A DNA stretch of 64,000 bases from Actinomycetota bacterium (lineage in GTDB: Bacteria; Actinomycetota; Actinomycetes; Nanopelagicales; Nanopelagicaceae), in assembly GCA_947489605.1 (NCBI GenBank), contig CANLEG010000001.1:2071-66070 (forward strand), read 5' to 3'. Positions 30,088-40,414 of the stretch are shown here, in pieces. Numbering within the stretch: the stretch's first letter is position 1; every line of letters begins with the position of its first letter. The notes under the pieces were generated by a model that saw nothing but the letters and a program-made list of their open reading frames with translations, did not search any database and was not told the origin of the DNA. Made by a program: the position numbers and the translations under genes.

Positions 30088-32460
30088 CTAAGGTTTTCTA
30101 AAGAGGGATAATTTCCCAGCACTTGCAACTAACACAAACTTAACTTTGTTTATCGTAATCCAGGTCGCTGATTTCGCATCGGCAGTGCTAATTGTTGAAA
30201 CTAAATTAATTGTTTGATCATTTTTGTTATAAGCACACAATCTGTCTTGGCAACCAAAAATAATTACTGCACTATCAACCGCTATTGGTGCGCTAGGGGT
30301 TCCGAAGTAATCGGTTTTAGCGAAACTTGGTGTTTGACTTGAATCTGCTTTGCCCCATTGAATTTGATCTGGTTTTGGCAGAGATATTCCTGAAGCACCC
30401 AGCCATGATGTGTAAATTGATTTTGATACTAACGTTGCAGCTACGTCATACCCAGCGACAACTGTGTTGCTGCCACTTAACTGCATAGATTGGTATTTCC
30501 AATCCTCGGGGAAAGCACTCTCACGAGAAGCAATACGAACTTCACCACGTGTTGCGGCTTTATCGGCATTGCTCACAGAAAGAATTGAATCGTAAAAAAG
30601 ATTTACTTTCTTTTCAATTGTCACAGCTTTCAAATGAAAAGCGACATCCCCCATGGTTCGATTATTTAATTCTGAATCACCATCGATGATTTCATAGCGC
30701 CAGTTCTTTCCGTCACGGACTGCGCCAAGCAAAATTCCTTGGCTCTCGTCACGGTAGAAAACTTGCTCTCCCGCTGAAGTGATTGCACAGGCATTAGAAA
30801 CACTTACATCACTTGCAGTACGAACACGGGTTACCTCTTTATAGTTTTGAATTACTGGTCCGTTGCCATCGATGATTTCATAGCTCCAAGTTTTTCCATT
30901 AAATGAGGCTCTACGTAAATCCTTATTTGTTAAATCTCCATAGTAAAGGTTTAGGTATTCGGTCTTTCCAACTTTATTTGTACAGGTGGAAATGCTTCCA
31001 GCCACACTGTTATTGGTCCTTCCGCCTTTAGTTCCTTCACCATCGACAGTTTGTATTACCCACTTCGATCCGCTCCATGTCGCGAGTTTTAAAAGTCCTC
31101 GTTGGGTATCAGAATAGGCAACAACTGTTTTACCTCTATAAGTAGTAGTTGCTAAATATTTTCCATCGGCTGTTGAATCAAGAAGGGTTTTTCGCCAAGG
31201 CGCTTGGGGGATAACACCATTTGTCGTAGCCTCAACTGAAATTCCAACTGCATTCTTGGCTTTAATCGAGAAAGAGTAGGCTGAACCGTTAGTAAGACCA
31301 GACACAACTGCTGGGCTTTCGGTTACAGTTTTTTCAACACCAGTCTGATTAATCTTGATTATGTAGGAGGTAATTTGCGCAGTGCGCGCATTAACGGGTG
31401 GATCAAAGCTCACAATTGCCGATTTATCAGCGACTAGGGCTTTAACATTTCTCGGAGCACCAGGAATCCCATAAGGAATACCAGCGGCAGGCTTTGCTAA
31501 TAAATCTTCAAACATTGCGATTAGCAATGGGCCAGGCAAATGAAAAACTTCGCCTAATTTAAGATTGGGGGACATGACTGCATCCCGTGCACTATCTGCA
31601 AAAGTTGTTTCATCTAAGTGGCTTACCGAAGAACCAACTTCATATTTCGAAGGTGTATAAAGCAAAGGTTTAATTCCGTTGTTAGCACGAATTCCATTTG
31701 CTCCAGACCAAACAAGTGGTTCTGTTAGCGCTTTACCTAATTCAATAGAAGGAGAATCAAGATCCATAAGTCGGCGACCATCTGGCAGTTGCGCGTATGC
31801 ATCAAATGGTGTTGGTTGTTGGATGCTGCCGTATCCATATAAGTCGTCGTAATCTGCATTTGATAAGAACCCTAGGCCGTGGGCCATTTCATGGAGAACC
31901 ATAGATTGCAAATCGAATTTATTACTTGGACAATTTCCATCGGTTCCAAGATAAAGCATTGGTGCATTTGTCGAATTAATTCGAATTGTTAGCTCTGGAA
32001 TCGTAGGTTCAATATCTTCTCCTGCAATTGAATCTGCAAGCGCCGATGCATACCAAAGATCGTTATCCGGAATATTCTTGAAGTTAGAGTGAAATTTTCC
32101 GGGCGAAGCAGCAGCTAAAATACCGGCATTGGATTGGCGCTCCCACAGAACCTTAACTTTCACCGCAACTGTGGAAGTAAAATTCTGGGACCAAACATCC
32201 GCAGCTTCATTAATTGCCGGGCGATAAATTGCTGGTGTATTTGTGAAATCAACCTTGAAAGAACTTTTAGTTAGTGCTTTTTCAACTGAAAACGTTCGGG
32301 GAATAGGTTCTTTAGCAATTTGATTTCCAATAGAACTATCTGCGTAAAAGTAGACCCATGGTGCATCTACAGATTTAACTTGCACAGGAAGAGCAGAAGC
32401 CGGGGCAATGAGAATGCTGCCAAATACCGCTGAAATTAGGAGAAGATATCGGGCGCGCAT
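30088..32460 (-). CDS. Secreted zinc metalloprotease-FN3-beta-propeller protein (790 aa)
   Basis: Signal peptide (ASA|L), LHEMAHGLGF, SSVSHLDE, FN3 (GLTNGSAYSFSIKAKNAVG), repeated W.YEIIDG blades; ATG 32460 has TAGCGT 7 nt upstream. Confidence 0.8.
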   Translation of the reverse strand: MRARYLLLISAVFGSILIAPASALPVQVKSVDAPWVYFYADSSIGNQIAKEPIPRTFSVEKALTKSSFKVDFTNTPAIYRPAINEAADVWSQNFTSTVAVKVKVLWERQSNAGILAAASPGKFHSNFKNIPDNDLWYASALADSIAGEDIEPTIPELTIRINSTNAPMLYLGTDGNCPSNKFDLQSMVLHEMAHGLGFLSNADYDDLYGYGSIQQPTPFDAYAQLPDGRRLMDLDSPSIELGKALTEPLVWSGANGIRANNGIKPLLYTPSKYEVGSSVSHLDETTFADSARDAVMSPNLKLGEVFHLPGPLLIAMFEDLLAKPAAGIPYGIPGAPRNVKALVADKSAIVSFDPPVNARTAQITSYIIKINQTGVEKTVTESPAVVSGLTNGSAYSFSIKAKNAVGISVEATTNGVIPQAPWRKTLLDSTADGKYLATTTYRGKTVVAYSDTQRGLLKLATWSGSKWVIQTVDGEGTKGGRTNNSVAGSISTCTNKVGKTEYLNLYYGDLTNKDLRRASFNGKTWSYEIIDGNGPVIQNYKEVTRVRTASDVSVSNACAITSAGEQVFYRDESQGILLGAVRDGKNWRYEIIDGDSELNNRTMGDVAFHLKAVTIEKKVNLFYDSILSVSNADKAATRGEVRIASRESAFPEDWKYQSMQLSGSNTVVAGYDVAATLVSKSIYTSWLGASGISLPKPDQIQWGKADSSQTPSFAKTDYFGTPSAPIAVDSAVIIFGCQDRLCAYNKNDQTINLVSTISTADAKSATWITINKVKFVLVASAGKLSLFRKP

Positions 32461-32561
32461 GGGCAAAACGCTAGCAGTCCAGACCTTTGGATACCACCTG
32501 CTAACTCTAAAAAAGGCTGGTAATTGGCACAGTAGTCGCGCAGTAGTTCTAGAATCTAATA

Positions 32562-32801
32562 ATGATTGAAGTAACCATTTATTCAAGGAGCAATTGCCAC
32601 CTTTGTGATGTTGCCCTAGGTGTTTTAGAAGAATTTCGCCAGGAGTTTAATTTTCAAATTGTAAAAATATTAATTGATGAGAGCCCAGAACTCGAAGAAA
32701 AATATGGCGAACAAGTTCCAGTTATTTTGATAAATAATCAACCACATGACTTCTTTAGAGTTGACCCAGAACGATTTAGATTAGCTATCTCTAAACTTTA
32801 A
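32562..32801 (+). CDS. Glutaredoxin-like protein (DUF836)
   Basis: YSRSNCHLCD, EQVPVILI. Confidence 0.88.
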   Translation: MIEVTIYSRSNCHLCDVALGVLEEFRQEFNFQIVKILIDESPELEEKYGEQVPVILINNQPHDFFRVDPERFRLAISKL

Positions 32802-34450
32802 TCTGGGTTAGCACTTAAAACATCATCCGCATCAATAATTCCGTAAGCATAACCTTGCTCTGCTAAGAATCTTTGGCGGTTCTGTGCAAAATCTTGATCA
32901 ACAGTATCTCTGGCAACAATTGAATAAAATCTGGCAGTTCTGCCATCAGACTTTGGTCGCAGAATTCGACCAAGCCGTTGCGCTTCTTCTTGGCGCGAAC
33001 CAAATGTTCCTGAAACCTGAATTGCAATAGTTGCATCTGGAAGATCAATGGAGAAGTTTGCAACTTTAGATACAACTAAACATTTAATTTCGCCAGCACG
33101 ATACAAATTAAAGAGACGCTCTCGTTCTTTAATTGGAGTGTCACCTTTAATTAAGGGGACCCCGAGTTCGGCGCTTAGTGCATCCAGCTGATCAATATAT
33201 TGTCCGATGATCAAAACTTGCTCTTCGCTATGTTGCTTCGCAAGTGCAATTGCAACTTTTCGCTTTGTAGCGGTTGTAGAACAGAAACGATAGCGATCTT
33301 CTGGCTCGGCAGTCGCATAATTTAGACGCTCGTCATCGGTTAAGTTAACGCGCACCTCTATGCAATCTGCAGGTGCAATATAACCTTGGGCTTCAATTTC
33401 TTTCCAAGGAACGTCATAACGCTTTGGTCCAATGAGGGAAAATACTTCGCCCTCCATCCCATCTTCCCTAACAAGTGTTGCGGTTAAGCCAAGTCGCCTG
33501 CGAGATTGGATATCCGCGGTAAATCTAAAAATTGGAGCCGGAAGTAGATGCACTTCATCATAAATAATTAAGCCCCAGTCAATTGCATCAAAGAGATCTA
33601 GATGCGCGTAAACACCTTGTTTACGAGTTGTCATTACTTGATAAGTAGCAATTGTTACGGGGCGAATTTCTTTCTTTGATCCAGAATATTCACCAATCTC
33701 ATCTTCATGCAACGTGGTCCGCTTCAGTAATTCGTCTCGCCATTGTCTTGCGGCAATAGTATTTGTAACAAGAATTAGTGTGGTCGCTTTGGCATGAGCC
33801 ATTGCAGCAGCGCCAACAATTGTTTTTCCAGCACCACAAGGAAGAACTACAACACCAGAACCACCGTGCCAGAAACCTTCAGCAGCGAGCTCTTGGTATT
33901 TTCTAATGCTCCAACCATCTTGAACCAAATCTATTTCATGATGTTCACCATCTACATAACCTGCAAAATCTTCAGCCGGCCAACCAAGTTTTAGCAGTGC
34001 TTGCTTCAAAAAACCGCGCTGTCCAGGATGAACGACAATGGTTTCTGCATCTAATTGGAGCCCAAGCATTGGTGCAACTTTTTTTCCACGAGTAACTTCT
34101 TTAAGCACAGCGGGATCGTGTGAAACTAAAACTAATCCATGAACCGGATGTGCTTCAAGGCGCAGTCGGCCATACCTAGACATAGTTTCTGCAACGTCAA
34201 CTAACAGCGCGTGCGGAACTGCAAATCTCGAATACTTAAGAAGGATATCTACAACTTGTTCTGCATCATGTCCAGCAGCGCGGGCATTCCACAAACCAAG
34301 TGGTGTCAGGCGATAAGTATGAATATGTTCTGGAGATTTTTCGAGTTCTGCAAAAGAAGCTATTGAACGGCGACATTCATCACTTAGCGGATGATCGATA
34401 TCTAGAAGAAGGGTTTTATCACTTTGAACAATTAACGGGCCATCAGTCAC
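32798..34450 (-). CDS. Bacterial XPB/Ssl2-like DNA helicase
   Basis: VLPCGAGKT, DEVH, GLTATLVREDG (RED motif), QEEAQRLGRILR. Confidence 0.94.
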   Translation of the reverse strand: MTDGPLIVQSDKTLLLDIDHPLSDECRRSIASFAELEKSPEHIHTYRLTPLGLWNARAAGHDAEQVVDILLKYSRFAVPHALLVDVAETMSRYGRLRLEAHPVHGLVLVSHDPAVLKEVTRGKKVAPMLGLQLDAETIVVHPGQRGFLKQALLKLGWPAEDFAGYVDGEHHEIDLVQDGWSIRKYQELAAEGFWHGGSGVVVLPCGAGKTIVGAAAMAHAKATTLILVTNTIAARQWRDELLKRTTLHEDEIGEYSGSKKEIRPVTIATYQVMTTRKQGVYAHLDLFDAIDWGLIIYDEVHLLPAPIFRFTADIQSRRRLGLTATLVREDGMEGEVFSLIGPKRYDVPWKEIEAQGYIAPADCIEVRVNLTDDERLNYATAEPEDRYRFCSTTATKRKVAIALAKQHSEEQVLIIGQYIDQLDALSAELGVPLIKGDTPIKERERLFNLYRAGEIKCLVVSKVANFSIDLPDATIAIQVSGTFGSRQEEAQRLGRILRPKSDGRTARFYSIVARDTVDQDFAQNRQRFLAEQGYAYGIIDADDVLSANPD

Positions 34451-35519
34451 GAATTAATTCCTTAATAAATGCAGTTAGAAGTTTTACTCGCGACGGAATT
34501 GAAGAGAGCAATATTTGTTCGTGTGGTGCATGCGCGCCATCGCCAACAGCGCCGAGGCCATCTAAAACTCTTGCACCAGCCGCGGCAGCGAAATTTCCGT
34601 CACTGGCACCGCCTACAGATGCCTGTCCGATTGGGGCCATACCAATTTTTTTTGCAACCTTCTCTAATATTTCATAGAGCTCGGAAGTTGCTGCAAGTTC
34701 TAGTGGTGGGCGATTGATTCCACCAGTTACTTCTAATTTTGCTTCTGGATGTGTTGCTTCAAGTTTCTTAATTGCTGAATCAACTCGAATAAGTTCGGCA
34801 GCCGAAAATGAGCGAATATCAATATCAAGAGTTGCCAATGCAGGAACAGTATTTGTAGTTGTGCCAGCGTGCATAACTGTTGGGACAACTGTTGTTCCTA
34901 ATTCTGGATTTGCTAACTTTGCGACTTCAATAACTATTGCAGCAATTTCAGTTGTTGCGTTGATTCCTTTTTCTGGTTCTAGCCCAGCATGTGATGCTCG
35001 ACCATGCAATGCAATTTGATACATCGAAGTACCTTTGCGGCCAGTTTTTGCTTTGCCATTTAGGGAGGCTTCTAAAACTAAAACTGCACTTGCAGATTTT
35101 GAAAGGCGTTCGATCAAAGCCTTAGAACTCTGACTTCCAACTTCTTCATCTGTAGTTGCAATAACTGCAACCTTTAAATGTGCATCTGGGATTTCTTTAA
35201 CAGCATAAATTGCCTGCAAGAATCCAGCTTTCATATCGAAGATTCCCGGACCTTTTGCGATATCGCCAGAAACGCTCCATGTTGGAAGAAACGACCCTTT
35301 AGGCCAAACAGTGTCTAGATGTCCAAGCAAAATTACTTCAGGATTTTTACTTCCCCACCAAAAAATAGGGCGCGAATTTTCTTCAATTAATTGCGCTTCC
35401 GGTTTTAGATTTTCATTTGCAATTTGAATTGCAAGTTCTACAACGCCACGACAAGCAGCAAGATCTTCGCTTGGCGATTCAAACTCAACAAGTTTCTTGA
35501 GATTTTCGATGATGGCCAT
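34443..35519 (-). CDS. M20 family metallopeptidase (carboxypeptidase G2-like)
   Basis: GHLDTV, DMKAG, DEEVGS, HAG, GGASDG, GAHA. Confidence 0.9.
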   Translation of the reverse strand: MAIIENLKKLVEFESPSEDLAACRGVVELAIQIANENLKPEAQLIEENSRPIFWWGSKNPEVILLGHLDTVWPKGSFLPTWSVSGDIAKGPGIFDMKAGFLQAIYAVKEIPDAHLKVAVIATTDEEVGSQSSKALIERLSKSASAVLVLEASLNGKAKTGRKGTSMYQIALHGRASHAGLEPEKGINATTEIAAIVIEVAKLANPELGTTVVPTVMHAGTTTNTVPALATLDIDIRSFSAAELIRVDSAIKKLEATHPEAKLEVTGGINRPPLELAATSELYEILEKVAKKIGMAPIGQASVGGASDGNFAAAAGARVLDGLGAVGDGAHAPHEQILLSSIPSRVKLLTAFIKELIRD

Positions 35520-35533
35520 GGGATAAGTCTGCC

Positions 35534-37690
35534 TTACTTTGCGGGACTGACGCCGGTGATTCTCGGAATCCTAAAGCTCTGCATCTCGCCAGTTGCATGG
35601 TCTCTAGCGATTAACGTGCCTAAGGAGATAGAGATTGGATCGATAAGCCTATTAGAAACCCCACCATTTGTATCTGCATAACCAATCGTCAAGCTGGCTT
35701 GCTCTTCAATATATTGATGTAATAAATCTAAAGTTTCATTTGCAGTTGTGCGCGGCACTTCACGTGGCTTATGAGAACTAGCTTTTTCACCAGTACGAAG
35801 TGTTCGCACTGCCGCTTTAATAACAATTTCACTTGGCGCAGATGTTTCGCTGAGAACTCTTGGTGGTCTTGGACGAGATTTTGCGCGACGAATAGCAGGG
35901 GCCGAAATTAAAATACCACTTGCATTTTCTGCAGCAGGTAAATAATTTGCTTCGCGAAGAGTTGCAATGACATCACCGGCTTCAAAATCACATACCAAAA
36001 CTTGTGGTGCTAATTTGCGGAAGCGAAGGGATTCTAATTTTTTGTCATGCAATATTTGGGTTAATAAACCTTCATCTTCACAGCGAATATAGGACTGAGC
36101 AATACCAACTCGCAATCGACCATGGCGTTTTGCAACGTCATTAATTAAGTATTCAAGTGGTTGAGGAACTGGTGTCTTAGATGTTTTCTTTAAGAAATCT
36201 TTTATCTGTTCTCCGGTTTGACCGTGATCTAGCCCGCGTCTAATTGAACTCTCGCTGAAGCGATAGACCGAAGCACCACCGCGGCTTTCAATATCTGCGA
36301 TTGTCCCAATCATATTTGCGAGTTCTACAGTTAACGGCCCAGGAGCAATAGCGCTGTTATCTGCTTGAATCAAAATATGGTCAACGGGTTTTGGTAGTGC
36401 GCGTTCTACTCCAAGATCATCAGATCCATTAAGAAAAGCAATCCCAAATTCCGAGAGCGCGCCTTGGCCAGTTAATCCCAACCATTCTGCTTCGCGCAAA
36501 GTCCATTCAATGTATTCAGCATTGAATCTCTGTGGCATCTGCCAAGCGATTATTTCCTGTAGGTTTTTAATCGCAGGATCATTCTCTAGATTTTCTGACA
36601 AAATATTTAGGGTTACTTTGCGCATGGATGCAATGCCAGCACGATCAAGTTCTGGGCCAAGCGGTGCAATATTTTTTTCGCCAGCCTTACCGACTAAGCC
36701 GCTTACGCGCGATGTTTCGAGCCACAAATTAACCAGGGAACTCCAACGTTCTTCAAGTGATCTGGACATCCAAATATCAAAAGAGTTAGTTGGCAAAATC
36801 TGATCATCGGTATCAATAACAATTAATCCGCCGAGGTAGAGAACTTCAGCTACAAAGGCGATGCAGTTTTCATCAACACCAAGATGCTCAGAACTACGTT
36901 TAAGGTCTCTTATTCCAAGACCACCCGAGCGCAGTGCGATAGGAGGCTCGTCTGACCAGTTATGTGCAAGCTCTTCACACCATCTAAGAAAGTCTGAAAT
37001 GTTTGCAATTGCCGCGCGGTCTATATCTTTCTGTTTGCGTGCAGTTCCTGTAAATGAATTGGCGACTGGTGAATATTCTTTAAATACTTTGCCATTGCGC
37101 AAATGCATTCCTACTTCACGTGGCAAGACAACTGTCTTAGAATCCATCACAGCTAAGTAATCGTGTTCTAGCAACCAACCAATTGGTTTGCCAGGCGATT
37201 TTATATTTCCGACTTGCCCACGCGGTGGTCCCCAAGTTAAGCGGTCTAGAACTGCAGCAGAATCACTAGGAATATCTTTGAGCGCTTTGAAATCTATTTT
37301 TTTCAAGGAGCGGGGACCGAGGCCCGCTGGTTCGTCGCCAATTAACTGGCCTAAATTTCCAGGCAATCTAAATTTTGTTCCATCCTTATAAACCAGTGCT
37401 GCAGCCCAAAGTCGCATTAATTCTTCTCCAGCTTCTGGAACAGAGACTGCGAGTAATTCTGATTTTGAAAAAGGTGGAGTTAAGGTGCTTGCAGAAGTTA
37501 AAACTTCTATCTGAAATTTATTCAATGATTCAAGGGCACGCATCAAACTTGGCGTGGAATTAGCACGTGCCGAAAGTGCTGATAAATCTGTTGGAACTGG
37601 GGAGAGTAAATCTGGGCGCACCGCAAAAAGATGCGCGATTGATTCATCGCTGCGGGCACGCAATTCATCGGCAAAAGAATTAACAGACAT
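35534..37690 (-). CDS. Helicase-associated (XPB N-terminal-like) domain protein with WYL-like C-terminus
   Basis: LIQADNSAIAPGPL, ESRGGASVYRFSESSIRRGLD, VPQPLEYLINDVAKRHG; C-terminal IGYAD..R.IDP..FRIPRI. Confidence 0.85.
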   Translation of the reverse strand: MSVNSFADELRARSDESIAHLFAVRPDLLSPVPTDLSALSARANSTPSLMRALESLNKFQIEVLTSASTLTPPFSKSELLAVSVPEAGEELMRLWAAALVYKDGTKFRLPGNLGQLIGDEPAGLGPRSLKKIDFKALKDIPSDSAAVLDRLTWGPPRGQVGNIKSPGKPIGWLLEHDYLAVMDSKTVVLPREVGMHLRNGKVFKEYSPVANSFTGTARKQKDIDRAAIANISDFLRWCEELAHNWSDEPPIALRSGGLGIRDLKRSSEHLGVDENCIAFVAEVLYLGGLIVIDTDDQILPTNSFDIWMSRSLEERWSSLVNLWLETSRVSGLVGKAGEKNIAPLGPELDRAGIASMRKVTLNILSENLENDPAIKNLQEIIAWQMPQRFNAEYIEWTLREAEWLGLTGQGALSEFGIAFLNGSDDLGVERALPKPVDHILIQADNSAIAPGPLTVELANMIGTIADIESRGGASVYRFSESSIRRGLDHGQTGEQIKDFLKKTSKTPVPQPLEYLINDVAKRHGRLRVGIAQSYIRCEDEGLLTQILHDKKLESLRFRKLAPQVLVCDFEAGDVIATLREANYLPAAENASGILISAPAIRRAKSRPRPPRVLSETSAPSEIVIKAAVRTLRTGEKASSHKPREVPRTTANETLDLLHQYIEEQASLTIGYADTNGGVSNRLIDPISISLGTLIARDHATGEMQSFRIPRITGVSPAK

Positions 37691-37719
37691 AACTGCCCTA
37701 CTTTACCGAGTTTTAGAAG

Positions 37720-38490
37720 CTACCTCGACCGCAATCTTCTAGGCGAGAGAAAAGTTAATAACGCAGCAAACCTTGCGAGCATTGGGCCGAATAGCGCTTT
37801 CAATGCCCGGCCGCGCCGGAAATCATGAATTGGCCAGTTATCTCGAATTGCTCGAATTTGCAGCAAGGTATCTGGATTTATTGCTGCCGGATTTCCAACT
37901 GCAGTTAAAAGTGGGAAGTCGTTATGGCTATCGGAATAAGCATAAGAATTTGGTAAATCAATGTCGCTTTTTTCAGCCAACTCTCTAATTGCTATTGCCT
38001 TCTGATTTCCATGCAACAAAAGTCCATTCATTTTTCCGGTATAAATTCCATCCACAACTTCGGCTTTAGATCCAAGAGCGCCAGTAAAACCTAATCTTTT
38101 TGCAATTAAGATAGCCATATCTTGTGGGGCAGCCGTTACTAACCAGACTTCTTCACCATTGGCTAAATGTTGATTCGCAATTTCAATTGTTCCCTGCCAA
38201 AGCGCAGGAGAGACGAATTCATCATAAATTTCAGAACCTATGGCTTCAATTTCTTTGACATTGTGGCCGCCAATAAATTCAGTTGCCGCATTTTGAAACT
38301 TGGCAATTTCTTCTGGTTTCTCAGCTCCTGTTAAGCGATACCTTAGATTTGCCAGAACAAAGGCCGAGATATCGCGCTTGCTAAAGAAACCTCTTTGATA
38401 CATCCCGCGGCCAAGAAAGAAGATCGTGGAGCCACGAATAATTGTGTTATCGACATCAAAGAAGGCAACTCGTTTGCCATGATTCGTCAT
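37720..38490 (-). CDS. HAD-IB family hydrolase (SerB1-like)
   Basis: FFDVDNT, AYSDSHND, INPD. Confidence 0.9.
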   Translation of the reverse strand: MTNHGKRVAFFDVDNTIIRGSTIFFLGRGMYQRGFFSKRDISAFVLANLRYRLTGAEKPEEIAKFQNAATEFIGGHNVKEIEAIGSEIYDEFVSPALWQGTIEIANQHLANGEEVWLVTAAPQDMAILIAKRLGFTGALGSKAEVVDGIYTGKMNGLLLHGNQKAIAIRELAEKSDIDLPNSYAYSDSHNDFPLLTAVGNPAAINPDTLLQIRAIRDNWPIHDFRRGRALKALFGPMLARFAALLTFLSPRRLRSR

Positions 38491-38524
38491 AACCCAACCT
38501 TAGCGTTCAAGTTATGATTACCTC

Positions 38525-39145
38525 ATGACACGAGCAATTCACGTATTGCGCCACGGAGAGGTAGAGAATCCAGAAAAGATTCTTTACGGACGGCAACCTG
38601 GTTGGCGCCTTTCAACTCGTGGCCAAGAGATGGCACAAATAGTTGCAGACTGGAGTTCGAATTTAGATTTAGGTGCAATTCATGCATCCCCACTGCAACG
38701 GGCACAAGAAACAGCGGCCCCTATTGCTGCAAAACATAATTTAGAAATTACGACTGATGAAAACTTAATTGAAGCAGCAAACATTTTTGAAGGCAAAAAA
38801 TTCGAATTAGGAAGTGGCGTACTTCGCCACCCAGGTTCTTGGTGGCATCTTCGCAATCCAGCAAAACCTTCCTGGGGCGAGCCATATACCGAGCAAATAG
38901 AACGGATGCTTGCTGCAGTTTTTGCGGCTCGCGATGCTGCAAATGGAAAAGATGCCCTTGTTGTTTCTCACCAATTGCCAATATGGATATTACGTTCGGC
39001 AATAGAAGGCCGCAGACTTTTACATGATCCAAGAAAACGAATCTGCACGCTTGCTTCCGTTACATCCTTACATTTAGACGACGAAGGAATGATTAACAGC
39101 GTTTCATACTCTGAACCTGCTAAACATTTGCTACCAAGTAAATGA
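38525..39145 (+). CDS. Histidine phosphatase family protein
   Basis: RHGE, SPLQRAQET, SHQLP; usual first gene of the ccs cluster. Confidence 0.9.
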   Translation: MTRAIHVLRHGEVENPEKILYGRQPGWRLSTRGQEMAQIVADWSSNLDLGAIHASPLQRAQETAAPIAAKHNLEITTDENLIEAANIFEGKKFELGSGVLRHPGSWWHLRNPAKPSWGEPYTEQIERMLAAVFAARDAANGKDALVVSHQLPIWILRSAIEGRRLLHDPRKRICTLASVTSLHLDDEGMINSVSYSEPAKHLLPSK

Positions 39146-39690
39146 AATTAATTTTAGCAATTGCAGCAATATTTACATTGACTTCATGCTCCACCGGTGG
39201 GATTTCAAGCAACAGTGAGAACGCTTATATTTCTGGAGATGGATCTGCAATCGTAATTAAGGAATCAGAGAGAACCCTTGCCCCAAAACTTTCGGGCGAA
39301 ACACTTGACGGAACAAATTTTAGTTCTGAACCTGGAAAAATAACGGTCGTTAATGTTTGGGCATCTTGGTGCTCACCATGCCGGGCTGAAGCACCAACCC
39401 TCGAAGAATTTGCAATCAATAATCCTGATATTCAATTCGTCGGGATTTTAACCAGAGATAATTTAAGTTCAGCACAGAGCTTTGTAAAGAGATTTGGCCT
39501 GACATACCCAACATTGATAGATGATGCAGTAATTTCAAGTTTTCGAGGGTCACTTCCTGCTAACGCAATTCCAACCACAATAGTAATTGATGCAGATGGT
39601 CGGGTTGCGGCAAGAATTAGTGGCCAGGTTACGGTTTCTTCGATGAAAGAAGTATTAGAAAAAGTTGCAGGAAGTGATATCAATGTTTGA
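39142..39690 (+). CDS. TlpA/ResA thiol-disulfide oxidoreductase lipoprotein
   Basis: Lipobox [19 protein letters not shown]. Confidence 0.92.
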   Translation: MKLILAIAAIFTLTSCSTGGISSNSENAYISGDGSAIVIKESERTLAPKLSGETLDGTNFSSEPGKITVVNVWASWCSPCRAEAPTLEEFAINNPDIQFVGILTRDNLSSAQSFVKRFGLTYPTLIDDAVISSFRGSLPANAIPTTIVIDADGRVAARISGQVTVSSMKEVLEKVAGSDINV

Positions 39691-40414
39691 ATTCTTCGTT
39701 GATATTGTCTTCGATGGCAATCTATTAATCGCATCAGCAGTTGCAATATTTGCCGGATTGATTTCATTTGCTTCACCTTGTGTGTTACCACTTGTCCCTG
39801 GCTATTTAGCTTATGCGGCAGGCATGACTGAAGTTAGAAGCAGAGGCCGTGCAGCGCTCGGTTCGACTCTCTTTGTTTTAGGATTCTCAATTTTATTTAT
39901 TTCATACGGCGCAATATTCGGTTCACTTGGATCTAAAATCTCAAGCAATTCAAAGCTAATTTCTATAATTTTAGGGTTATTTACTATTGTGATGGGAATA
40001 ATCTTCTTATTTAATCAGAAGTTCTATCGCTCATTTAAGCCTGTCTGGAAAGTTCGTGCGGGACTTGCTGGCGCACCGATTCTTGGTTTCCTCTTTGGTG
40101 TTGGTTGGACGCCATGTATTGGGCCAACTTTGGCCGCTGTACAGACACTCTCTTTTCAAGAATCAAGCGCTCTCCGTGGTGCAATTTTAAGTTTTGCATA
40201 CTGCATTGGTCTGGGTTCACCATTTATTCTCGTTGGAGTTTTCTTCGATAAATCACATCGCCTAAGAAAGTTTATTTCTAGACATGGAAATTACTTGACT
40301 CTTATTGGCGGAATATTTTTAATTTTAATTGGGATATTACAAGTCACTGGCTTATGGGCAGATGCTATGAACTCAATTCGCGGTTTTATATCTGAGTTTG
40401 CACCGGTGGTTTAA
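39683..40414 (+). CDS. ccdA: Cytochrome c biogenesis protein CcdA
   Basis: [20 protein letters not shown]. Confidence 0.94.
   Translation: MFEFFVDIVFDGNLLIASAVAIFAGLISFASPCVLPLVPGYLAYAAGMTEVRSRGRAALGSTLFVLGFSILFISYGAIFGSLGSKISSNSKLISIILGLFTIVMGIIFLFNQKFYRSFKPVWKVRAGLAGAPILGFLFGVGWTPCIGPTLAAVQTLSFQESSALRGAILSFAYCIGLGSPFILVGVFFDKSHRLRKFISRHGNYLTLIGGIFLILIGILQVTGLWADAMNSIRGFISEFAPVV

Noticed and set aside
32461-32586. 42-aa N-terminal extension of the metalloprotease
   Set aside because: It overlaps the glutaredoxin gene and would bury the signal peptide beginning at 32460.
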